A stretch of 64,000 nt of DNA from Solirubrobacteraceae bacterium (GTDB lineage: Bacteria > Actinomycetota > Thermoleophilia > Solirubrobacterales > Solirubrobacteraceae). Positions 39,130 to 48,416 of this stretch are shown here, piece by piece. The translations under genes were made by a program, and so were the position numbers. The notes beneath the pieces are model-generated. The model made no database searches. It saw nothing but the letters and a program-made list of their open reading frames with translations, and was not told where the DNA came from. The stretch is from NCBI GenBank assembly GCA_017882445.1, contig JADGPK010000009.1:9309-73308 (forward strand). The letters run 5' to 3'. Position 1 is the stretch's first letter. Each line of letters begins with the position of its first letter.

Positions 39130-40682
39130 GTGGAGCCGGCTCCCGCCCCGTGCCCCGCCAGTGCGCCCAGCGCCTCCCTGGCGACGGTGACGTCGTCGAA
39201 CGGAAGCTTGCGTCCGTCTGAGAGCTCCTGCCCCTGCTCGTGACCCTTGCCCGCGATCACGACCACGTCTCCCCGCCGACCGCAGGCGATCGCCTCGCCG
39301 ATTGCGGCCCGGCGGTCGGTGAGGGCGCGCACGTCCGGTGCCCTCATGTCCGACGCGCGCTCCTGCGGCCGGGCGCCGGAGCCGGGCTCGACCCGAGCCG
39401 TCCCGGCCATGATCTCGGCGATGATCCGCTCGGGGTCCTCCGAGCGGGGGTTGTCAGAGGTGATGAGCACACGGTCGGCCATGCGCGCGGCGATCTCGCC
39501 CATCAGCGGGCGCTTGCCGCGATCGCGGTCCCCGCCGGCGCCGAACACGCAGATCACCCGCCCTCGCCCGTTCTCCGACGAGCGCCCCACCAGCTCACTC
39601 GCCGAGCGCAAGACGTTTTCGAGCGAGTCGGGTGTGTGGGCGTAGTCGACCAGCACAGCGAAGTCCTGCCCCGCGTCGACCGGCTCGAAACGCCCGGGGA
39701 CGCGCACGCCACGCTCGAGCGCCCCCACCAGGGCGTCGAGGTCACCGCCGAGCGAATGCACGGCGGCGGTCGCCCCGAGGGCGTTGGCGACGTTGAAGCG
39801 TCCCGGCATCGGCAGCGCCACTTCGCGCTTCCCGTCGGGTGTCGCGAGCGTGAAGCGACAGCCGTCGAACCCGCAGCGCACGCCGCTGGCGCGGTAGTCG
39901 GCGGGCTCGTCGACGGCGAACGTGCATGCACCGTCGATCTCGTGCGCAAGACGTCGTCCGTAGGCGTCGGCGATGTTCACCACGCTCACCGCCGGGCGCT
40001 CGCCCTGGGCCGGCAGGAACAGCCGCCGCTTGGCGATGAAGTAGTCCTCCATCGTGTCGTGGAAGTCGAGATGGTCCCTGGTGATGTTCGTGAACACCGC
40101 GGCGGCGAAGGAGATCGCATCGGCGCGCCCGAGCTCAAGCGCGTGAGAGGAGACCTCGATCGCGCACGCCCGGTCGCCTCCATCGAGCATTGCACGCAGA
40201 TCCGCCTGCAGATCGATCGCCTCTGCTGTCGTGCGCTGAACCTCCCGCTCGTGGCCGCCGATGACGGACTTGACCGTGCCGAGCAGGCCGCATTGCACAC
40301 CGCCGGCCTCCAGCAGGGCCTGGATGAGGTAGGCGGTGGTCGTCTTGCCGTTGGTACCCGTCACCCCGATGACCCGCAGCTCGCGCGAGGGATGTTCGTA
40401 GAAGCGTGCGGCGAGCGGCGCCATGGCCACGCGAGCCGAGGACACGGCGACTTCGGGCACGCCGAGGCCGAGGGGGCGCTCGACGACGAGCGCCGCGGCG
40501 CCGCGCTCCACGGCCTGGGGCGCGAAGTCGTGCCCGTCGGAGTGAAACCCGCTCACGCAGAAGAACAGCCCGCCGGGCTGGACCGCGCGGCTGTCGTACG
40601 CCAGCGCGGATATCTCCACGGCGGCGCCCGCCGCGAAGGGCTCGACTCCCGCCAACCCGCGGGTCATCTCGTCGAGCCTCAT
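39126..40682 (-). CDS. murE: UDP-MurNAc-dipeptide--meso-diaminopimelate ligase
   Basis: VTGTNGKTT, EVSSH, DHLDFH, VDYAHTPD, SDNPR (DAP-type motif), AGKGHE. Confidence 0.96.
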   Translation of the reverse strand: MRLDEMTRGLAGVEPFAAGAAVEISALAYDSRAVQPGGLFFCVSGFHSDGHDFAPQAVERGAAALVVERPLGLGVPEVAVSSARVAMAPLAARFYEHPSRELRVIGVTGTNGKTTTAYLIQALLEAGGVQCGLLGTVKSVIGGHEREVQRTTAEAIDLQADLRAMLDGGDRACAIEVSSHALELGRADAISFAAAVFTNITRDHLDFHDTMEDYFIAKRRLFLPAQGERPAVSVVNIADAYGRRLAHEIDGACTFAVDEPADYRASGVRCGFDGCRFTLATPDGKREVALPMPGRFNVANALGATAAVHSLGGDLDALVGALERGVRVPGRFEPVDAGQDFAVLVDYAHTPDSLENVLRSASELVGRSSENGRGRVICVFGAGGDRDRGKRPLMGEIAARMADRVLITSDNPRSEDPERIIAEIMAGTARVEPGSGARPQERASDMRAPDVRALTDRRAAIGEAIACGRRGDVVVIAGKGHEQGQELSDGRKLPFDDVTVAREALGALAGHGAGAGST

Positions 40683-40742
40683 TCCTCGCTCCCCTGCGCT
40701 GGCATGGGTTGAGTCTAGTTTCCGCTCCCGCGCCAGCCGCGT

Positions 40743-42404
40743 CTACCCCGGCGGGATGCCCAGATAGGGCAGCGCGAAGCTCATTATCTGACCGAAGGCC
40801 GGGGCGGCGACGGTGCCGCCGAAGACCGAGCCGGACTGCGGTTCGTCGACCACCACCGCGCACAGCAGACGCGGATTCGAGGCGGGAGCGAAGCCGATGA
40901 ACGAGGCCACGTATGCGCTCTGTGAGTATTCGCCCGTCGCGGGATCGATCTTGCTGGCCGTTCCCGTCTTGCCGGCCAGCTGGTAGCCGGGGATCGAGAC
41001 CTCGCTGGCGGTGCCCCCGGGGGCGAGCACCCCTTCGAGCATGTGTCGCAGCTCGGCCGCGGTGGCGGCGGAGATGATGCGATGTCCCGCGGGCAGGGGC
41101 GCAAGCTGCCCGGCGACAGCGCGCACGATATGCGCGGGGCGAAGGATGCCGCCGTTGGCGATCGCTGAGTAGGCCGTCGCCATCTGCATCGGCGTGACCA
41201 GCTCCCCCTGCCCGATCGGCAGGTTGCCCATCGAGGAGCCCGAGTAGTGATCGAGCGGGAGCGTCACGCCCTGTTCCTCGCCGGGCAGATCGACGCCGGT
41301 GGCCTCGCCGAAGCCGAACTGGTGGACCCAGCTGTTGAAGTGTTCGGCCCCCTCGAGCAGACCTATTTTGATCGCGCCGACGTTGCTGGAGCGAGCGAGG
41401 ATCTGCGAGGTGGTGAGCGTTTCTTCGGGGTGTTCGGTGTCGTCGTGGATCGTTCTGTCGGCGACATGGATCTGATTGGGGATGTTGAAGGGGGTGCTCG
41501 GCGTGATCAGGCCCTGCTGGAGCGCGCCCGAGACCGTCACCGACTTGAACGTCGAGCCCGGTTCGTAGTCGAAGCCGACGGCCCTGTCCTGTAGAGCGCC
41601 GGCGGGAGCGGCGCCGGGATCATTCGGGTTCGCCTGCGGCCAGTTGGCCACCGCCAGGATCGCTCCTGTGCGCGGGTCCATCACGAGCGCGGTCGCGTCT
41701 TTGGGGTTGAAGACCCGCGCGACGGCGCTCAACACATCTTCGCTGCGTTGCTGGATGTTGGCGTCGAGCGTCAGCGACAGCGTCTTGCCGGGAACCATGG
41801 GCTGGGTTTCGGTGATCGAGACGGGCTGGCCGATCGCGTCGCTCACAACCCTTCTGCGGCCGGGACGGCCGCGCAACAGCGAATCGCGCGAGTACTCGAT
41901 GCCCGCGAGACCCTTGCCTTCGGTGCCGACGAAGCCGAGCACCTGCGCGGCCAGTGGGCCGCGCGGATAGACCCTGCGCATGACCGCCGTGCCTGTGACA
42001 CCGGGTATCTTCAGGGCGAGAACAGCCTGGGCCTGACCGGCAGGCAGCGCGCGTTCGAGGTAGACGAAGCCGGCGTGCTCGGAGAGCTTTCTCAGCAGCG
42101 TCGCCTGGGTCTGTTTGAGCATTGGCGCCAGACGCTCGGCCGTCCCGAGCGGATCGGTGATCAGGTACGGGTCCGCCGAGATGTCCTGCGCGGGCTCTGA
42201 GACGGCGAGGTCGACCCCGTTGCGATCCATGATCAGTCCGCGCTGCGCGGTCACGGGCTCGTTGGTCAGCTGCTGGTTGCTCGCGGCCTTGCGCAGGGGC
42301 CCGCCGCGCAGGACGCCGAGGTAGACGGTGCGTCCCGCAGCGACGACGAGCAGGATGAAGAAGAGCCCAAAGATCGTCCCGATGCGACGCTGGGCGACGG
42401 CCAC
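40743..42404 (-). CDS. ftsI: Class B penicillin-binding protein (FtsI/PBP3-like)
   Basis: RGLIMDRNG, GLAGIEY, EPGSTFK (SxxK), SSNVG (SxN), GKTGT (KTG); GTG at 42404 inferred. Confidence 0.9.
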   Translation of the reverse strand: MAVAQRRIGTIFGLFFILLVVAAGRTVYLGVLRGGPLRKAASNQQLTNEPVTAQRGLIMDRNGVDLAVSEPAQDISADPYLITDPLGTAERLAPMLKQTQATLLRKLSEHAGFVYLERALPAGQAQAVLALKIPGVTGTAVMRRVYPRGPLAAQVLGFVGTEGKGLAGIEYSRDSLLRGRPGRRRVVSDAIGQPVSITETQPMVPGKTLSLTLDANIQQRSEDVLSAVARVFNPKDATALVMDPRTGAILAVANWPQANPNDPGAAPAGALQDRAVGFDYEPGSTFKSVTVSGALQQGLITPSTPFNIPNQIHVADRTIHDDTEHPEETLTTSQILARSSNVGAIKIGLLEGAEHFNSWVHQFGFGEATGVDLPGEEQGVTLPLDHYSGSSMGNLPIGQGELVTPMQMATAYSAIANGGILRPAHIVRAVAGQLAPLPAGHRIISAATAAELRHMLEGVLAPGGTASEVSIPGYQLAGKTGTASKIDPATGEYSQSAYVASFIGFAPASNPRLLCAVVVDEPQSGSVFGGTVAAPAFGQIMSFALPYLGIPPG

Positions 42405-42408
42405 GTGC

Positions 42409-43269
42409 CTAGCCCGCCGGACCTGACTGGGTACCGCCGCCGGGCGATGCTTCACCTGAGCCGCCGGCCGTGCCTCCGGCGGGCGGCGCTGCGGTCGTGG
42501 CCGATGACGGCGCTGCGACCGCGGTCGACGTCGAGGTGGCGGATTCTCCGGTCGTGCTCGTCGATGCGGCGGGCGCGCTCGCGGGCGCGGCGGCCGTGCT
42601 CGCCGGCGCTTTCATCGCGGTCGAGGCGCTCGAGGCGGGAGCGGCGGACGATTCGGCGCTCGCAGGCTGCGCGGCGGGGGACCCGGCGGTCAAGGAAGCT
42701 TCGGCGCCCGCTTCGCTGGAGGGGGCGCCCGCGGTGTGCACCGGCATGCTCAGCGACGCCGCGCCACGATAGGCATCGACACGCGGGCGGGCGGTGAGGA
42801 ACAGCAGCGCCCCCGTGGGCACGATCCCCATGCCCAGGCGCGCCGCCGAGGTCTCGACACGGTAGCCGGCCGTCAGTTCGGAGTTTTCGATGCTCAACGC
42901 GGCGTTCTCGCGCTGCAGCAGCGCCCCCCGCTCGAGCGATCGACCGATGCTCGCGTTGAGCTTGAGTAGGCCGAGCTGCAGCGTCACGATCCCGATCAGC
43001 GCGAAGGCGATGATCGCGATCCATGTGCGTCCGCGGATGAGCCTGTCCAGCAGCCGGTGGCGCGAGACGCGATGCAGCGCCTCGAGGAGGCCGAGCGCCA
43101 GAGAGCCCTCGGCCTGCGCCGCGGGCCGGCGCGGGCTGACCGGAAGCTCTCGCCGTACGGGACCCGAGACCCGCCTCGGCCTTGGCGCGATCGTGAACGG
43201 GCGGCCCGGGGCGACGGTGCGCGCCCGGTGAACCGTCGGCGCCGCGGCGGCGGCGGCGGGCGGCGTCAC
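42409..43269 (-). CDS. FtsL-like cell division protein with a long Ala/Ser/Thr-rich tail
   Basis: Located between rsmH and ftsI; single TM (WIAIIAFALIGIVTLQLGLL), coiled coil LQRENAALSIENSEL, AARLGM motif; GTG overlaps the rsmH stop. Confidence 0.65.
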   Translation of the reverse strand: MTPPAAAAAAPTVHRARTVAPGRPFTIAPRPRRVSGPVRRELPVSPRRPAAQAEGSLALGLLEALHRVSRHRLLDRLIRGRTWIAIIAFALIGIVTLQLGLLKLNASIGRSLERGALLQRENAALSIENSELTAGYRVETSAARLGMGIVPTGALLFLTARPRVDAYRGAASLSMPVHTAGAPSSEAGAEASLTAGSPAAQPASAESSAAPASSASTAMKAPASTAAAPASAPAASTSTTGESATSTSTAVAAPSSATTAAPPAGGTAGGSGEASPGGGTQSGPAG

Positions 43270-44375
43270 GAGGCCACATCCTCGTCGGTCAGCTTCCTGG
43301 CGGCGCGCAGACGCGCCGAGGCGGCACGCGGATTGCCCGCGATCTCCACGGCGGATGGCGTGATCGAGCGACGGTTGAGCAGCGCCGCCTGAGGCTCGCG
43401 GCCGCAGGCGCACACGGGCAGCTGTGGCGGACAGACGCAACCGCGGGCGCGCTCGACGAGGAAGTGCTTGACCCGCCGGTCCTCGAGCGAGTGAAACGAG
43501 ATGGCCGCCAGCACGCCGCCCTCGCGCAGCAGGTCCCAGGCGAGCGGCAGTGCGCGGTCGAGCTGCCCGAGCTCGTCGTTGACGGCGATGCGCAGCGCCT
43601 GGAAGGACCGCTTCGCGGGATGGCCACCGGCAAAGCGCGCGGGAGCGGGGATGGCGGACTTGATCGTGTCGACGAGCTCGAGCGTGGTCTGGATGGGCGC
43701 CTGACCGCGCCGGCGCACGATCGCACCGGCGATGGCGTTCGCGTGGCGCTCCTCGCCGAAATCGCGCAGCGCGTGGGCCAGACGCCGCTCCTCCCACTCA
43801 GCGACGATCTCGAGCGCGGTCAGCTCTTGAGCGGGGTCCATGCGCATGTCCAGCGGCGCGTCGTAGGAGTAGGAGAACCCGCGCTCGCGCGTGTCGACCT
43901 GCATCGAGGACATGCCCAGGTCGAAGTAGACCATGTCCGCGCGCAGACCCTCGCCGTCGAGTAGCTCGAGCGCCTCGGCGTAGCTCGAGCGTATGAAACG
44001 CACCGAGCAGGCCGCCTCGGCGGCCAGAGTGGCGAATCGCTGCTCGGCCAATGGATCGCGGTCGATCGCCACGAGCGTGCCGGATGGGCCGAGCCGCTCG
44101 GCCAGCAGGCGGGCGTGACCACCGTCGCCGAAGGTGCAGTCGATCGCGATCTGGCCAGGCCTGGGATCGAGCAGCTCGATCAGCTCGTCGGCGAGCACGG
44201 GAGTATGAGACGTCTGCGAGGTCCCAGCACCGCAGCCCGGCTGTGTGAGCGCTCGAGCTGGGCGTCTGCGACTCGAGTCACCGGAGCCCCGCCTGCGCCG
44301 CGCCAGCTCGGGCGTCCAGCTGTCCGCGCCGCGGGCGTCGCGCACGTCTCTGCTGTCAAGCAGCGTCGTCGACAC
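43266..44375 (-). CDS. rsmH: 16S rRNA m4C1402 methyltransferase
   Basis: HTPVL, DCTFGDGGH, DLGMSSMQ, PLDMRMD, FQALRIAVN, ISFHSLEDR; start uncertain. Confidence 0.95.
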   Translation of the reverse strand: MSTTLLDSRDVRDARGADSWTPELARRRRGSGDSSRRRPARALTQPGCGAGTSQTSHTPVLADELIELLDPRPGQIAIDCTFGDGGHARLLAERLGPSGTLVAIDRDPLAEQRFATLAAEAACSVRFIRSSYAEALELLDGEGLRADMVYFDLGMSSMQVDTRERGFSYSYDAPLDMRMDPAQELTALEIVAEWEERRLAHALRDFGEERHANAIAGAIVRRRGQAPIQTTLELVDTIKSAIPAPARFAGGHPAKRSFQALRIAVNDELGQLDRALPLAWDLLREGGVLAAISFHSLEDRRVKHFLVERARGCVCPPQLPVCACGREPQAALLNRRSITPSAVEIAGNPRAASARLRAARKLTDEDVAS

Positions 44376-44799
44376 GCGAGGTGACCTCCGCGACGCCGCT
44401 GAGCAGCGTCGTTCGATGTTCGCTCCAGGCGCTCTTGTCCCACAGCTCCAGGCGGTCGCCGACGCCCACGACCACGACGTCCTTGGCCAGGGCGGCGTGC
44501 TCGCCGAGGAAGCCCGGGATCATCAAGCGCCCGGCGGCGTCGAGTTCAGCGTCGTGGGAGCTGCCGTAGAAGAAGCGCTCGAGCTCGGCCAGCCTTGGGG
44601 ACAGAGGCGGCAGCTCGGCGAGCGCGCGGCGGGTGTAGCGCTCGTACTCCTCTGGACGCCACACGCCCACACACGGCTTCAGGTCGATCGGCATCGCCAG
44701 GACAACACCCTCGGCAAGGGCGGCTCGATAGCGGGCCGGCACAGTGAGGCGGTTCTTCGCGTCGAGCGTATGGTCGAAGGTGCCACGAAAGGGGACCAC
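44356..44799 (-). CDS. mraZ: Transcriptional regulator MraZ
   Basis: LDAKNRLTVPARYR and LDAAGRLMIP repeats, GDRLELWD; GTG at 44799 with GGAG RBS. Confidence 0.93.
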   Translation of the reverse strand: MVPFRGTFDHTLDAKNRLTVPARYRAALAEGVVLAMPIDLKPCVGVWRPEEYERYTRRALAELPPLSPRLAELERFFYGSSHDAELDAAGRLMIPGFLGEHAALAKDVVVVGVGDRLELWDKSAWSEHRTTLLSGVAEVTSRVDDAA

Positions 44800-44881
44800 G
44801 TTTGCAGCTCCAAAAGCTTTGTTTGACCGGGCCGAGGTGGAGGAGTGGGAGGAGCCCCTCCACCCCGGCTCGCTGTGCGCG

Positions 44882-44934
44882 AACATATCCCACTTTCCCC
44901 CACAATGCAACCCTATTTGCACATCTTCTCCCAC
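44882..44934 (-). promoter_or_regulatory. dcw operon promoter with MraZ-binding GTGGG repeats
   Basis: Minus strand TTGCAT (44910-44905), 17 nt, TATGTT (44887-44882). GTGGG at 44903-44899 and 44893-44889 (10-nt period) lie in the spacer, with a third at 44934-44930; this matches the known MraZ operator architecture. Confidence 0.75.
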
Positions 44935-45212
44935 CCTTCCATCCCGACGTCGCCAAAACGGGCAAATCGCCAGTAAACACCTGGCGTTTTTCGGAACCGC
45001 GCAGCGGGCGGCCAGGGCGCGCGGAGATGCACGCCGGCGTGCAGGCGGCGGCTATGAAACGGCGATTGCAGATCACACGTCCCTCGCGCCGACTACACGT
45101 CAGACGGACTGTGCGCCGCCTGCAGAGCACAGGGGCCTTGCGCGGTGTCCTGTGCTGTGCATACGATCGCCTTCCCGCGCGCCCGACACGCGCCACAGAA
45201 AGGACCCACGCC

Positions 45213-46967
45213 TTGCGCTCAGCCCCCACCACAGCTCCCGGTCCTCGCCCCGTCACCCTCCTGCCGGCAAAGCTCGCCGCCGTGGCGTGTGCGGTGGCGA
45301 TCGCGGTGCTGCTCGCCGGCTGCGGCTCGTCCCACACGAGCGGCACGTCCGTCGATCCGGCGGGAGCTGTCCCGGCCTCCGCGCCTGTCTACGTGGGCGC
45401 GACCGTGCGACCCGGCGGTTCGCAGAAGACCGCTGCCCTCTCCGCGGGGCGGGCGCTCACCCACCAGGCCGATCCGTACCTGCGCCTGCTGGAGGCGCTG
45501 CAGACCCCCGGCTCGGCAGCCCTGAGCTTCAAGCGCGACGTGGCTTCGTGGCTGGGGCCGCACGCCGGCGTCTTCCTCAGCTCGCTGCGCTCCGCGAGCT
45601 CGCTGCTGACACTGCTGGGGCATGGGCTGCTCGGCGGCTCCGCCTCCTCGGCCGCGGCGTTCGGATTCGGCGCCAGCGGCGCCCAGGGCGCGATCGTGCT
45701 GGACACCAGCGACGCGGCCAAGGCGCGCAGCTTCCTCGACACCCAGGCTCAGCACGCGGGTGGGCACTCGGCGACCTACAGGGGGATCGCCTATCAGAGC
45801 ACCGCGGCCGGGGTCGCCTTCGGGCTGGTGGATCGCCTGGCCGTGATCGGCAGCGAGTCCGGGCTGCGCAGCGTGATCGACACCACCCTCGGCGGGCCAC
45901 CGCTGGCGCGCGCGAGCGGCTACTCCAAGCTGCTCGCCGCAGCGCCTTCCGGCGCCCTCGCCCACGTCTACTGGAACCCCGTGGGTTCGAGCGCCGACGG
46001 CACCCAGGAAGGGCTCGCCGGCCTCGTGATGCTGCTGGCGAGCGGACATCAGGTGAACGTCTCGCTCGTGCCGTCCGAGGGCGCGCTCGCGCTCGACGCC
46101 GACACGCTCGCATCCAACTCGCCGGGCACGACCGGCGGGCTGCTCTCGAGCGATCCGCAGAGCGCCGCGGCGCTCGGCGAACTCCCTGGAGACTCCTGGT
46201 TGGCGATCGGCCTGGGCCACCTCTCGACGACCATCACCCAGGACGTTCAGGCGCTGCGGAGCCTGGCGTCGGTGGGCGGCACGCCTGGCGGCTCCGGGGA
46301 AGGCTCGAGCTCGGGCGCCCTCAACTTCAAGTCGCTGCTGGAAGGGCTGCTGACCCCGCTGAACGCGCTCGGCGCCAACAGCGCCCAGGCCAAGCGTGAC
46401 TTTGCGAGCTGGATGGGGTCGGCCGGGATGTTCGCCAGCGGCGGGAGCCTGCTCGAACTGAGGGCGGCGATCGTGATCACGTCGAAGAACCCGGCCCTCT
46501 CCCGCGCCGCCGTGTCAAAGCTCGCAGCCCAGCTGCGCAGGGCGGGCGCATCGCTTCGGCCGGCGACGATCGCGGGAGCCGACGCGGCCGTGGGCGTGGC
46601 GCTCAACGGCCTCCCCGTGGTGCTCGACGTCGCGGACGGCCGCGCCTCGAACGGCCAGACCAAGTTCGTGATGGGCTTCGGCGAAGCGTCCGTCGCGGCC
46701 GCCCTCAGCCCGCCGAGCACGCTGGCGGCCGCCGCGCCGCGCGGCGCGGCGGCGGCAGCGCTCGGCGAAGGCATCCAGCCCAGCGTGATCCTCGAGCTCC
46801 CCACACTCGTCAGCCTGCTCGAAGGCGCCGGGCTCACCGAAGATCCGAGCATCTCCGCATTCGTCCCCTATCTCCGTGCGGCCACGACGCTCGCCGGCGG
46901 CGGACGCCCGCTGGGTGGCGAAGTGCAGCGCTTCCGCCTGGTTCTCGGGCTGCAACGGGGCGGTTGA
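45213..46967 (+). CDS. Lipoprotein, probably DUF3352-like
   Basis: RBS AGAAAGGA before TTG 45213; lipobox LLAGC; VPASAPVY, DVASWLG and WMG motifs resemble DUF3352 proteins (recognised from memory, needs an HMM check). Confidence 0.55.
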   Translation: MRSAPTTAPGPRPVTLLPAKLAAVACAVAIAVLLAGCGSSHTSGTSVDPAGAVPASAPVYVGATVRPGGSQKTAALSAGRALTHQADPYLRLLEALQTPGSAALSFKRDVASWLGPHAGVFLSSLRSASSLLTLLGHGLLGGSASSAAAFGFGASGAQGAIVLDTSDAAKARSFLDTQAQHAGGHSATYRGIAYQSTAAGVAFGLVDRLAVIGSESGLRSVIDTTLGGPPLARASGYSKLLAAAPSGALAHVYWNPVGSSADGTQEGLAGLVMLLASGHQVNVSLVPSEGALALDADTLASNSPGTTGGLLSSDPQSAAALGELPGDSWLAIGLGHLSTTITQDVQALRSLASVGGTPGGSGEGSSSGALNFKSLLEGLLTPLNALGANSAQAKRDFASWMGSAGMFASGGSLLELRAAIVITSKNPALSRAAVSKLAAQLRRAGASLRPATIAGADAAVGVALNGLPVVLDVADGRASNGQTKFVMGFGEASVAAALSPPSTLAAAAPRGAAAAALGEGIQPSVILELPTLVSLLEGAGLTEDPSISAFVPYLRAATTLAGGGRPLGGEVQRFRLVLGLQRGG

Positions 46968-46980
46968 GCCGCCCGCGCGC

Positions 46981-48234
46981 TCAGCCGCCGGTGGAAGGAC
47001 TCGCCCGCGGCACGTCGATCGCGCGGTAGAAGACCGGTCGGCCGCCGAGCACCCGGTCGATCCCGTAGCGCGCCAACGTGGTTTCGCCATCGGGTTCGAT
47101 CGAGTAGCGACCGAGCACCGAGTCGCGCTCCCCGGTGGCGAAGAAGCGTTCTATCACCGTCTGGCGGTCGTTTCCCTTGGAGCCCGCGCGACGGATCGCG
47201 TCGAGCACGACGCTCATCGCCTCATAGCCGTAGAGCGCGTACGCGTCCGCTTCGCCGCCGAACGCCCTGCGGTAGTCGCCGAGCACGCGCTGTCCCAGCG
47301 GGGGATACAGATCGGGCGCGAGGATCGGGGTGCTCAGGTAGGTGTTCGCCCCCGCGGCGCCGATCTGCGAAGTGAAGGATTCGCTGACCATCGAGCTCGA
47401 GCCCAGCAGAAGCAGGTGCGGATCGGCGCTGTGAAGCTGCTGCCACAACGCGATCGTGCCCTGGCCACCGCCACCCGCGAACAGAACCGCCTGCGCGCCG
47501 CTTTCGAGGATCTTTTCTATCTCCCCCGTGTACACGGCCCCCGCGGGGGTCGAGATGCTGTCGTGGGCGGCGACGACGATCCCGGCGTGCGCGGCGTCGG
47601 CCGCGGCGATCGTGGCGAGCGGGACCTCGAACGGATCCTGGTCGTCGAGCACATACAGCTTGTGAACACCGAGCTTCTTGGCCAACGCCACCTGCGCGGC
47701 TGCCTGCACCACGTCGCCGGGCTGCAGCCGGCCGAACGTGCGCTGCCCGCTCAGGTAGAAGCGTCCGGGCTCATCCTGTCCGGCGTCGAGGCCCGACGTC
47801 AGGCCCACGTAGGGGCTCGCGGGGCTCACCTGCAGGATCCCGGCGGCGTTGATGAGCGGAAGCGAGACGGCGGTGGCAGCCGAGTTGTAGTCGCCGAGGT
47901 AGGCGATCGTGCTCGTGTCCTGCGCGGCGATCTTGGCGTCGTCGGCGGTGATCCCCGGACTCCACTGACCGCTCGTCGGGTTGGCGTCGTCGAGGGACAC
48001 ATAGCCGACCTTGAACGGACCGGCGTGACCCCCTGCCTGCGAGAGCGCGAGCTTCTCGCCGTTGACGATCTGCTGGGAGATCGCCGCCGAGGGGCCCTGC
48101 AGCGGGAGGCTCGAATAGATCGCGAGCTGGCCGCCGATCGCTTCAGGGGTCGTCGAGGAGCCCACACCCGCGCAGCCACTCGCTCCGAGGACCGCGGCGG
48201 CGAGAGCGGCAAGGCCCAGCCAGCGTGCGAGCAC
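46981..48234 (-). CDS. Branched-chain amino-acid-type (LivK-like) substrate-binding lipoprotein
   Basis: Lipobox ASGC; IYSSLPLQG, LDDA, YLGDYNSAA, QVSPA, YGYEAM; GTG at 48234. Confidence 0.8.
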   Translation of the reverse strand: MLARWLGLAALAAAVLGASGCAGVGSSTTPEAIGGQLAIYSSLPLQGPSAAISQQIVNGEKLALSQAGGHAGPFKVGYVSLDDANPTSGQWSPGITADDAKIAAQDTSTIAYLGDYNSAATAVSLPLINAAGILQVSPASPYVGLTSGLDAGQDEPGRFYLSGQRTFGRLQPGDVVQAAAQVALAKKLGVHKLYVLDDQDPFEVPLATIAAADAAHAGIVVAAHDSISTPAGAVYTGEIEKILESGAQAVLFAGGGGQGTIALWQQLHSADPHLLLLGSSSMVSESFTSQIGAAGANTYLSTPILAPDLYPPLGQRVLGDYRRAFGGEADAYALYGYEAMSVVLDAIRRAGSKGNDRQTVIERFFATGERDSVLGRYSIEPDGETTLARYGIDRVLGGRPVFYRAIDVPRASPSTGG

Positions 48235-48242
48235 CGCTGGCT

Positions 48243-48404
48243 CTAGCTGCGACGGCCGGGGAGGTAGCCGGAGAGGATCTTCAGCGATGCTCCCACCAGG
48301 ATGATCACTGTGGCCAGCAGAAACGAGTCGAAGCCCTTGGCTCCGAGGGCCCACAACACGATCCAGACGACCAGCCCGGCGGTGACGGTGAGTATCAGTC
48401 CCAT
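48243..48404 (-). CDS. Small two-TM membrane protein (53 aa), not in the ORF track
   Basis: MGLILTVTAGLVVWIVLWALGAKGFDSFLLATVIILVGASLKILSGYLPGRRS*; fills the gap between trpA and the binding-protein gene. Confidence 0.7.
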   Translation of the reverse strand: MGLILTVTAGLVVWIVLWALGAKGFDSFLLATVIILVGASLKILSGYLPGRRS

Positions 48405-48416
48405 GCGCGCGGAATC

